The position numbers were made by a program, and so were the translations under genes. From Candidatus Woesebacteria bacterium (GTDB taxonomy: Bacteria; Patescibacteriota; Microgenomatia; UBA8517), in the NCBI GenBank assembly GCA_016432525.1, contig CP066693.1, positions 689,773-713,772 of the forward strand: a stretch of DNA of 24,000 nucleotides, given 5' to 3'. This document shows positions 6,726 to 14,096 of the stretch, one piece after another. Each line of letters opens with the position of its first letter. Position 1 is the first letter of the stretch. Below the pieces are notes generated by a model. The model searched no databases. It was given only the letters and a program-made list of their open reading frames with translations, and had not been told where the DNA came from.

Positions 6726-9137
6726 ATGGAAGACAACATCGCAGGATCCGAGACACTTACAGCAGAGCGAATTTTGAACGATGAAGAAACAGAAAACAGG
6801 CGTACGCTCTTAACAATTATTTCCTCTCAAAGAGAAGCTATTACCTCCCGCCTTTCATCTTTTCAAGAACGAGTGGTACTATCCTTAAATGATGAAAAGG
6901 CTTTAAGACACGAGTGCCGAGAATTAGAGCAACAACTTGGGATTGAGACAGAGGAACAACGCATACTTGAAGCAAGTCTGTTTATAGACATGCCCTTTTT
7001 GGAAGTATCTGCTTTGAGGAAAGACAAACACCCAGAAGAGCTGTTTGGGATTGAAGCGTGGAAGGGCTGGTTGTCTGCCAGAATTACGGCACGACAAATG
7101 GACGAGCTTTCAGTTGAGGGAATTGTTGAGCTACATACAAAATTAGCAGAAGGGATGGATATTACGGGCGGACAACTTAGAAGTAAAAGTGCAATTGGAG
7201 CAGATTACACAAATACTGGTTCTCCTATTACTTTTACAAAGAGCCAAGCCACAGCAACTGAACAAAATCCACTTTTAGGCGTTCGCTATACCGATGAAGA
7301 AAAAAAAGAGGGTTTTATTGTATATCCCACAATTGATGACCCGAAAAGTTTTGAGAAGGTGATGAGTCAATTAACCTCACTTCAGCGAACAGGTTTACGG
7401 TATGGCGCAACAAATGAAAAACTTGTAAATGTGCTACTTCAAAGCACTATTGAGTGGCACAAGGAACAAAACAATAATTTAGCGGAGGGAGATTCAAATG
7501 CCCAAACTGAACTTGCCGCAGAGCTACAACGAAGAATAGTTTCCATACACGCATTTGATGATGGCAACGGCAGATTATCAAGGCTTCTTATGATTAGAGA
7601 GCTTGAAAAACACAATGAACCACCAACCATTTTAAGGCGTGGAGAAGATGATTTATTTTTTACTCCACAAGAATGGGTGCAGGAAGTGCGAGAAGGGCAA
7701 TCAAGGTACGAACAAATGCAAGAACGAATGACAGGTTCTCGGTACGCAAAAGCCGAGGACTTTTTAGTTGGCTTACAAAAACAAGCATATTTTGACACTG
7801 TGTACCAATCTGTTTATCCACCTCCCACTTCTGATGCACCCATGAGGCACACTGAATATCGAGCTTATCTAGAGCAACTTAACGAAATATATTCGCACTT
7901 TGCAGAATACACAGAAGGGAAAACTTGGTTACGTTGGAATAACACACAAGAAATACACATGGGAGGGCTTGTTTCTCCTGATTATTCTCGAGTATGGTGC
8001 GATACTCGACCAGAAGTGCAACAGAGGTCAAGAGAACGATATTTTGACCAAGAACTCAAAGTTTTTCGAGGTGGAGCTTGTGAAGGAATAACTGACACAA
8101 AACAACTTTTATCTGTTTTTACAGAGCCAACCGGTTTCTGCGCAGGTTACCACGCTCTTTTGGAAGAAGGAGTTTCTCCAATTAGTCTTAATTCGTTACC
8201 AATTGAGCGAATACAAAGTGAACTTAACGCGTACAATACAACAGTTCTTCGTGATACTGAGGTTAACCAAGGAGAGACTCTTGTTTCAGATGAGGTTTTA
8301 AATCAAGCAATGATAAGGGAGAGTCAGGATCAGCAAATTGCGAGAAGACTGAAATTCACATCAGAAGATGAAGAAAGAAGAGCTAGTGAATTTGCAAGTG
8401 GGGGACATATGCTTTACTTATTAAAAGTGCATACAGAGGGAAAAGCTCCTGGGTTGTGGCTTTCACCTGGAGTGAGCACCTCAATAGATGAAACCGAAGC
8501 TAGAAAATTCCTTACTACTCTAAAAGACGCCGGAGCTGAAAAACGAGTTGCATTGTTTATCTCAAGTAAATTGCCCAAACAAGGTATTTTTTACTCTCCA
8601 TCTAATCGGAGTCTGCCAATTACACGAGATTTTTACCCCAATATACCGTATCAAACAATAGTTGATGAGCAAGAAGTTGTGATAATGGGTGGAATTGACA
8701 GAAGTAGCTTACAAGCAATCGCCCATCGAAATGAAAATAATCATATAGTTTTAGTTGATTTTTCTACCAAAGAAAAAAGTATTTATAGATTTAATAAAAA
8801 AGGTGAATTAAGACTCCTTAAAAATAGAGCTTTAACAGAAGATGAGATTTCTGTTTTGAAAAAGACAAACAGACAATTGGGATCAGATAGCTATGATAAC
8901 AACAATAATTACGAAGATGAGGAGAACGAACCAAGTACGACTTATGACGATGAGCCGATTGACGATAATGAAGCGGAAGAGAAATTCCTACCGGCTTATT
9001 TGTCGGCCTCAACATTAGCAAAACTACATGACTCGCACTTATTTGATGAGGATGATGATGAAGACGAAAGTGTTTATTTAGGCTCTAGTACTCTTGCTAA
9101 TCTGAAGCAGAATCTGCAAATTGTTAATAAAGAATGA
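6726..9137 (+). CDS. Fic-domain protein with C-terminal ADP-ribosyltransferase-like region and duplicated acidic tail (803 aa)
   Basis: Fic motif HAFDDGNGRLSR (7548-7583, His275) with ITGGQLR upstream; ART-like pattern KVFRGG (Arg448), GVSTSIDETEARKF (Ser584), VDEQEVVIMGG (Glu648/Glu650); tail YLSASTLAKLHDSHLFDEDDDEDESVYLGSSTLANL. Confidence 0.88.
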   Translation: MEDNIAGSETLTAERILNDEETENRRTLLTIISSQREAITSRLSSFQERVVLSLNDEKALRHECRELEQQLGIETEEQRILEASLFIDMPFLEVSALRKDKHPEELFGIEAWKGWLSARITARQMDELSVEGIVELHTKLAEGMDITGGQLRSKSAIGADYTNTGSPITFTKSQATATEQNPLLGVRYTDEEKKEGFIVYPTIDDPKSFEKVMSQLTSLQRTGLRYGATNEKLVNVLLQSTIEWHKEQNNNLAEGDSNAQTELAAELQRRIVSIHAFDDGNGRLSRLLMIRELEKHNEPPTILRRGEDDLFFTPQEWVQEVREGQSRYEQMQERMTGSRYAKAEDFLVGLQKQAYFDTVYQSVYPPPTSDAPMRHTEYRAYLEQLNEIYSHFAEYTEGKTWLRWNNTQEIHMGGLVSPDYSRVWCDTRPEVQQRSRERYFDQELKVFRGGACEGITDTKQLLSVFTEPTGFCAGYHALLEEGVSPISLNSLPIERIQSELNAYNTTVLRDTEVNQGETLVSDEVLNQAMIRESQDQQIARRLKFTSEDEERRASEFASGGHMLYLLKVHTEGKAPGLWLSPGVSTSIDETEARKFLTTLKDAGAEKRVALFISSKLPKQGIFYSPSNRSLPITRDFYPNIPYQTIVDEQEVVIMGGIDRSSLQAIAHRNENNHIVLVDFSTKEKSIYRFNKKGELRLLKNRALTEDEISVLKKTNRQLGSDSYDNNNNYEDEENEPSTTYDDEPIDDNEAEEKFLPAYLSASTLAKLHDSHLFDEDDDEDESVYLGSSTLANLKQNLQIVNKE

Positions 9138-9155
9138 AATTTTTTAGTAAAATAA

Positions 9156-9202
9156 AACCCTCTGTTTGTGTCGATATAAAATCGTTCACTACTAAGAGGG
9201 TT
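9156..9202 (-). terminator. Probable terminator of the 9209-9403 gene
   Basis: Minus strand AACCCTCT...AGAGGGTTTTATTTT with an inner GTG.CGAT...ATCG.CAC hairpin. Confidence 0.5.
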
Positions 9203-9208
9203 ACGTCC

Positions 9209-9403
9209 TTAAGGAAGTGGTTTGGCTAGACCTTCGTGCTCTCGACGCATTGCCAAATTGTATTCTGCTTGCTCTTCGTGGGTGAGCTGTTCACTACGTT
9301 CTCGCTTCCCGCGAGTAAATCGAACAAAAATATCATGGTGGGTTTGACGGGTTTTTCTGACGAACTCAAGCCACTCTTCAGCAGTCTCCGGCTCTGTATT
9401 CAT
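9209..9403 (-). CDS. Small hypothetical protein (64 aa)
   Basis: ATG preceded by AAGGAG; charged helical composition. Confidence 0.55.
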   Translation of the reverse strand: MNTEPETAEEWLEFVRKTRQTHHDIFVRFTRGKRERSEQLTHEEQAEYNLAMRREHEGLAKPLP

Positions 9404-9487
9404 GATAGTAACTCCTTGTTAGTGTTGGACGACTAAAAGAAGTATATCAAATTGAGGCAATAAACAAGTTTGTTTTTACGAAATAAA

Positions 9488-9542
9488 AATCCCCCCAGTG
9501 ATATTTGATTGTCCGTAGACGTACAAACCCTTGGAGGGATAT
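9488..9542 (-). terminator. Probable composite terminator of the 347-aa gene (approximate boundaries)
   Basis: Minus strand ATCCCTCCA...TGGGGGGATTTTTAT with an inner TTGTnCGT-CT-ACGnACAA hairpin. Confidence 0.5.
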
Positions 9543-9620
9543 AGAAGACAAGAGCAAGTGTGATACCGAGAAAGGCATCAATGTAAAACTGATTAACTCA
9601 GCTCACACTTGCAAAAAGAC

Positions 9621-10664
9621 CTAGTCGTCGTTCTCGTCAAACAGATGAGCATCGCGCAGCTTCTTCAGCGTGCTGGCTCCGAGGAGTGACTCGTCATCGT
9701 CTTCTTCCTTGAAAAGAAGCTCTCCCAGCTTACGCATAGGCGTGTAGCCATCAGGCTGCAAGTCCTCTGGTGAGAGGGCATACCAAGCACTTTCTTTCCC
9801 GTCAGAACGGAACGTCTTGTGCTCAGTGCCGAGACCAAAGGCTTTGTAAATCGCGGCCTTAATTGACTCAGGCAGGTTGACGTTGGAACGCCAATTCTTT
9901 TTTGCCCAAGCGAGAGCCTGCTCAGCCGTCCAGACGACGTCTTCTTCGTTCAGCCCACGATTGTAAATCGGGGTTGGACTTTGCATTCCTGCTGCACGTT
10001 CCCACGTAAAACGGGCGCCACCAGCATGGAAGCAAAAGCTAATGTTGAGACTCGTAGGAACTGAACCTTCTGCCCGATACCGCAGATTGCTGGCAATGAT
10101 TGCCGCACTCTCAGGCGAACGAGCAAAGTTATGCCCAGAGTATTCGTCCGTGCATAAAGCAGACCCGCGCGGGAAACTGTGCCAACGCTTGGCGTAGGCA
10201 ATAATCTCCACATGGGGATGCTGTTCCGCAATGCGAGTACCGATAGCCGCGAGCCAGTTCATGAACTCATGGTTCATGTCTGTACCCTCAACAACGACAC
10301 TAACAATGCGCCACTGGTCCCAATCTGTAAGGGACGCAAAAAACTCAACCACTTCGGCTGGTGTAAGCTTGACGTTTGTACTCATTTTGATTCTCACTTT
10401 CATGGATAGTCCCTTATCCAGAGCTTTCAGCTCAGGAACGGGAATCTTCAGGATAAAGCCACCATAGACCACCTCCAAAACTGCGAGGTGATTATCCCAA
10501 TCGTGGGGACGATTAGGTGCAAACTGCACTTGTACCTGATTAAGGTACTCACGCAAGATTTGCAAAATGGTGTCGTTCAGCTCACCAAAGTTCTTGGTAA
10601 GCCTTGCTGCCTGCTGAAGAATTTCAGCATTTTTTAGCAGCTGCCCCAAACTTTTCTTAGCCAT
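9621..10664 (-). CDS. Hypothetical protein (347 aa) sharing the acidic ASTLxKLxDxHLFDExDD tail with the Fic-ART protein
   Basis: Real start probably MAKKSLGQLL at 10664, with GGGAGGAAATAAAATG; the upstream 94 codons of the listed ORF look non-coding. Higher GC than the flanks. Confidence 0.75.
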   Translation of the reverse strand: MAKKSLGQLLKNAEILQQAARLTKNFGELNDTILQILREYLNQVQVQFAPNRPHDWDNHLAVLEVVYGGFILKIPVPELKALDKGLSMKVRIKMSTNVKLTPAEVVEFFASLTDWDQWRIVSVVVEGTDMNHEFMNWLAAIGTRIAEQHPHVEIIAYAKRWHSFPRGSALCTDEYSGHNFARSPESAAIIASNLRYRAEGSVPTSLNISFCFHAGGARFTWERAAGMQSPTPIYNRGLNEEDVVWTAEQALAWAKKNWRSNVNLPESIKAAIYKAFGLGTEHKTFRSDGKESAWYALSPEDLQPDGYTPMRKLGELLFKEEDDDESLLGASTLKKLRDAHLFDENDD

Positions 10665-10971
10665 TTTATTTCCTCCCTGAGGTATAAGGCTAAAGTTGAA
10701 CGATTCAACACAAAACCCTGTTCTGTGTGAGCCACTCCATAGTGACTTTTTGCGCACCAAAACTGATGCCCAAAGTGCCACCATGGAATAAATGAGAATT
10801 TCTAGGTCTTTATTTTGAATGTGCAAATTTATACTTTCGTCTTGCCAAAAGCTAACTTTCGGAAGACTCATCAGTCCAGCTAAGCTGGAGAGTACGTGCA
10901 GGTGGAGTTGAGTTGAAAGGCAATGATGAAATCGTGATGATTTCAAAACTCAACTCGCACCTGCGAAACGC

Positions 10972-11475
10972 CTATCGGTAGAGGTCAATCGGATACCGTT
11001 TGTAAAAAATCGGTGTACCGATTTTCCAGCCACCGATGTTGAAACCGGCCTCAGCCAATCTCGCTAAGGCTTCTCCCAGCAGAGACTTGTTGTCCCCGCT
11101 GATGACCATTTTAAACCCTTTGTTCCCGTATTCTTCATACGAGAGGGTTAGGTCATTCGAGACCGCCTCAACGATTGAGGTGATCTCGTTCCAGTTAGCC
11201 ATTCTGCGGCTAAGGCCTTCGTGAACCAGTCCTGGATTTTCAGCGCTCAGCGCTTCAAACCCTTTCAAGGTTAGGCCGTAAAACCAGCCAGCGCCGACTA
11301 CAGCAAATCCTTGGTCGACAAGCACGGTGGCTTGTTGCACCTTCTCAGGTGGCCACCAAGCAGGCAACGGCTTGTTTGCATCATGCAGACGATTGAGCAT
11401 ATTGCTCGACGCCTGAAACGCAACCGCCGTACCTGTGGTGCGGCCCAACAATTCTAACCCAAATTTGTTAGCCAT
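10972..11475 (-). CDS. Hypothetical protein (167 aa)
   Basis: Strong AAGGAGGATTAAAATG start; promoter TTGACT-17-TACTAT upstream. Confidence 0.75.
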   Translation of the reverse strand: MANKFGLELLGRTTGTAVAFQASSNMLNRLHDANKPLPAWWPPEKVQQATVLVDQGFAVVGAGWFYGLTLKGFEALSAENPGLVHEGLSRRMANWNEITSIVEAVSNDLTLSYEEYGNKGFKMVISGDNKSLLGEALARLAEAGFNIGGWKIGTPIFYKRYPIDLYR

Positions 11476-11632
11476 TTTAATCCTCCTTAAGGACTCAGGG
11501 CTGGCAGCCCGCTGATGGTCATTCTAAATGAATGCCAGTTTAGCCTCAAACTCTAATTAAAGCTAAATTAGCATCCACTAGCTTTATTAGGTCTTTGTTT
11601 AAATGTGCAGATAGAAGGTAATTTATGGTGCT

Positions 11633-11661
11633 ATAGTAGCATGAATGAAGCTAAAAGTCAA
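11633..11661 (-). promoter_or_regulatory. Sigma70-like promoter for the 167-aa gene
   Basis: Minus strand TTGACT (11656-11661), 17-bp spacer, TACTAT (11633-11638). Confidence 0.6.
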
Positions 11662-11750
11662 GAACTATAGGGAATATGACGAATAATTTTTGCTTTTTTC
11701 TTTTTAGGGAACGAGCCAACTTTTTTGACCCACTTCAGCGCTTCGCGTCG

Positions 11751-11848
11751 AGTGGTAGAAATAACGTGGCGGCTTGGTGGCGTTCAAGCCGCCACTCCGC
11801 ATTGAGACTGAAAGTAAGTTCGAATGGTATAATATGTAGAGCACAGCA
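11751..11848 (-). repeat. 98-bp perfect inverted repeat A, internal copy
   Basis: Reverse complement identical to 6051-6148. Confidence 0.97.
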
Positions 11849-11936
11849 AGGGAGCCGAGGGCTCATCGCAGGCTGCGATTGGCCGCGCAGCCAGCGAAAT
11901 ATGTGGATTGTTTGGGGAAAAGTGGATACGTTTAGG
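11843..11936 (-). repeat. 94-bp perfect inverted repeat B, internal copy; overlaps repeat A by GCACAG
   Basis: Reverse complement identical to 13427-13520. Confidence 0.97.
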
Positions 11937-11996
11937 ATAAGGATAGAAAAAAGAAAATCGCAAAAATTATATGTTTCAGAAATGTTATTCTGAAAC

Positions 11997-13661
11997 ATGA
12001 GCAAAACTTCAGTTGCTTCTGTAATAAAGCCTAAATACCTCGGTTATTGTCGCAAGTCCACAGACGAGAAAGAAAAACAGATTTTGTCTATAGATCAGCA
12101 GATTGATGAGTTAAAAACTTTCGCTTCAAGGGAAAATCTAGAAATAGTAGAGTTCTTTGTTGAAAAAAAGACTGCTAAAGAACCTGGTCGCTCAGTTTTT
12201 AACAATCTGCTGAAATTGGTAGAAAAAGGATTGGCAGATGGAATTGTTGCATGGCACCCTGATCGATTAGCCCGAAACAGTGTGGATGGTGGAAAGATTA
12301 TCTACCTTTTGGATACAGGCCAACTTCAAGATTTGAAGTTCCCAACTTTCTGGTTTCAAAACACACCTCAAGGCAAGTTCATGCTAAACATCGCGTTTGG
12401 CCAGAGCAAATATTATGTAGATAATCTTTCAGAAAATGTAAAGCGTGGATTGCATTTCAAAGCCAGACGTGGAGAGTGGCCTTCCTTTGCCCCCTTCGGC
12501 TATAAAAATGACCGTAATACAAGAAATATTGTTGTCGTGCCACAGCAAACAGAACTTGTTAAATATGTATTTACTCATTTCGCCTCAGGGGAACTATCTT
12601 CAACACGAGATGTCAGAAGTTACCTTTTTAAGAAGGGTGTAAAGCGAAAAAATGGAAGGCCACTTCACTACAATCAAATTCGTGCAATTCTTACTCGCAG
12701 TTTATATTACGGTGTCTTTATATATGGTGGTGAAACTTACGAAAGTAAACTTCCACCTTTAATATCCCAAGAGCTGTTTGACAAGGTTCAGGTGCGTCTA
12801 AAGAGACTTCAGCCAACTAATCTCAAAAAGCACGAATTTAATTTCACAGGGCTTATGAAATGCATAGAATGTGGAAGTTTTATTACGGCTGAGAGTCACA
12901 CCAAGCATTACAAATGTGCAAAACGAACCGCAGTTTATATTTATTATCGTTGTGTGAAGAAAAAAGGTGTTTGCTCTCAGCCTTATGTAACAGAAGCTGA
13001 AGTTGAAACTCAGTTGAGAGAAATTGTGAAAAAGTGCTCGCTTTCACCAATATGGGAAAAAGGTTTTATGGAGCTTCTTCTAAAAGATGAATTGGAAGCA
13101 AGAGCTCGCACTTCAGTTGAGCTTTGCTCAATCACAACTTCTCTTGAAGCAGTTGAAAAGAAACTTAGCCGTCTGTTAGAACTATACCTTGAAGAAAGTA
13201 TTGAAGCTGAGGATTATCAGTTAAAGAAAAATCAACTGCTTCACAAGAAACTTGATTTAAAATCCCAGATTGAGAGGGTAAAAGCTGACGGAGTAAGTTG
13301 GCTCGAACCTTTGAGGAACTTTATTATTGAGTCCGCAAATGCGGACAAAATCGCGCGCGCAAAAGAGAATCGCAGTGATTTGGCAATCACTGCCAAAAAA
13401 GTCGGCTCGAACTACTTGCTATTTGATAAACGTATCCACTTTTCCCCAAACAATCCACATATTTCGCTGGCTGCGCGGCCAATCGCAGCCTGCGATGAGC
13501 CCTCGGCTCCCTTGCTGTGCGGGAGACAGGACTTGAACCTGCACGGATTTCTCCATACGCACCTCAAGCGTACGTGTATACCAGTTTCACCACTCCCGCA
13601 AATCTCAAAGTGCCGAAGGAGAGATTTGAACTCTCACGCTCAAAAGAGCACACGCTCCTGA
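11997..13661 (+). CDS. Large serine recombinase (resolvase + recombinase + zinc-ribbon domains); ORF reads through the element end into tRNA-Leu genes
   Basis: YCRKSTDEKEKQILSIDQQ, ADGIVAWHPDRLARN, CIECGSFITAESHTKHYKC...YYRC zinc ribbon, C-terminal coiled coil. The last ~75 codons lie in repeat B and the tRNAs. Confidence 0.92.
   Translation: MSKTSVASVIKPKYLGYCRKSTDEKEKQILSIDQQIDELKTFASRENLEIVEFFVEKKTAKEPGRSVFNNLLKLVEKGLADGIVAWHPDRLARNSVDGGKIIYLLDTGQLQDLKFPTFWFQNTPQGKFMLNIAFGQSKYYVDNLSENVKRGLHFKARRGEWPSFAPFGYKNDRNTRNIVVVPQQTELVKYVFTHFASGELSSTRDVRSYLFKKGVKRKNGRPLHYNQIRAILTRSLYYGVFIYGGETYESKLPPLISQELFDKVQVRLKRLQPTNLKKHEFNFTGLMKCIECGSFITAESHTKHYKCAKRTAVYIYYRCVKKKGVCSQPYVTEAEVETQLREIVKKCSLSPIWEKGFMELLLKDELEARARTSVELCSITTSLEAVEKKLSRLLELYLEESIEAEDYQLKKNQLLHKKLDLKSQIERVKADGVSWLEPLRNFIIESANADKIARAKENRSDLAITAKKVGSNYLLFDKRIHFSPNNPHISLAARPIAACDEPSAPLLCGRQDLNLHGFLHTHLKRTCIPVSPLPQISKCRRRDLNSHAQKSTRS
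13427..13520 (+). repeat. 94-bp perfect inverted repeat B, right copy (right element end)
   Basis: Identical to the reverse complement of 11843-11936; contains GGCTGCG-8nt-CGCAGCC. Confidence 0.97.
13519..13599 (-). tRNA. tRNA-Leu(GAG), element integrated at its 3' end
   Basis: Reverse strand GCGGGAGTGGTGAAACTGG...TACGC-TTGAGGT-GCGTA...CAGGTTCAAGTCCTGTCTCCCGC. Confidence 0.9.
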
Positions 13662-13693
13662 AGCGTGCCTGTCTACCATTTCAGCACTTCGGC
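13612..13693 (-). tRNA. tRNA-Leu(CAG)
   Basis: Reverse strand GCCGAAGTGCTGAAATGG...CACGCTTCAGGAGCGTG...GAGAGTTCAAATCTCTCCTTCGGC. Confidence 0.9.
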
Positions 13694-13755
13694 TTGAAGC
13701 ATATTATAGCAAAAACTAGAATCAAAGCTAGATAATTGCTAAAATACATCAGTTA

Positions 13756-13828
13756 TGACCCAGTAGCTCAACGGATAGAGCAATTCCCTTCTAAGGAAGA
13801 GGTTGTGCGTTCGATTCGCACCTGGGTC
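13756..13828 (+). tRNA. tRNA-Arg(TCT)
   Basis: GACCCAGTAGCTCAACGGATAGAGCAATTCCCTTCTAAGGAA...GTGCGTTCGATTCGCACCTGGGTC. Confidence 0.92.
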
Positions 13829-13892
13829 ACAAAAAACTAGGGGTCGGCAATTCTTCGAAGAAACTTCAAAGATGCTTTCCCCTAGTAAGGGC

Positions 13893-14096
13893 TTATTTAT
13901 ATCTGTATTTTGGTGCAATCTCAATCACCCCAATACATATTAGCCCTATAAATAGGGTCGCTACTTCTACTGCAACAAAAAACCAAATCGGATATTTTGT
14001 CGAAGCAAGAGCGACAATGAGCATGCAAACAATCAGTAGCAAAAATTTAAGCCGACGCATTTCTGGCTCCTCTGCTACAATGTTTACGATGACCAA
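13893..14096 (-). CDS. Small membrane protein (67 aa)
   Basis: Two hydrophobic segments; divergent from and partly overlapping the glycosidase ORF start. A downstream start is possible. Confidence 0.45.
   Translation of the reverse strand: MVIVNIVAEEPEMRRLKFLLLIVCMLIVALASTKYPIWFFVAVEVATLFIGLICIGVIEIAPKYRYK

Larger units (their letters stand above)
6051..13520. mobile_element. Integrated element with large serine recombinase and Fic-ART cargo, flanked by direct repeats CTGTGC
   Basis: CTGTGC at 6051-6056 and 13515-13520. The reverse complement of 11751-11936 equals [right end]-CTGTGC-[left end]. It interrupts a minus-strand tRNA array and encodes a serine recombinase. Confidence 0.75.

Noticed and set aside
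7439-7798. 119-aa minus-strand ORF
   Set aside because: Lies fully antisense inside the Fic domain coding sequence; composition and position indicate a shadow ORF.
10179-10467. Plus- and minus-strand ORFs overlapping the 347-aa gene (10179-10409, 10231-10467, 9950-10231)
   Set aside because: Overlap the convincing coding frame and have no start signals.
10665-10946. N-terminal 94 codons of the listed 9621-10946 ORF
   Set aside because: No coding character; a strong Shine-Dalgarno and start occur at 10664, and the shared upstream motif lies in this segment.
6051-11848. Interpretation of the 98-bp inverted repeats as ends of a DDE transposon
   Set aside because: No DDE transposase in the interval, and the ends plus internal copy are better explained as attachment-site arms sharing a CTGTGC core with a serine recombinase.
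11676-12004. ORFs 11676-11993 (+) and 11735-12004 (-), plus 13327-13536 (+), two of which share NVSTFPQTIHIFRWLRGQSQPAMSPRLPCCA
   Set aside because: The shared peptide is just the translated 94-bp repeat B; these are chance frames through repeats. They did help confirm the repeat.
6051-13520. CRISPR array, retron or diversity-generating retroelement
   Set aside because: No regularly spaced direct repeats, no reverse transcriptase and no template/variable repeat pair found.
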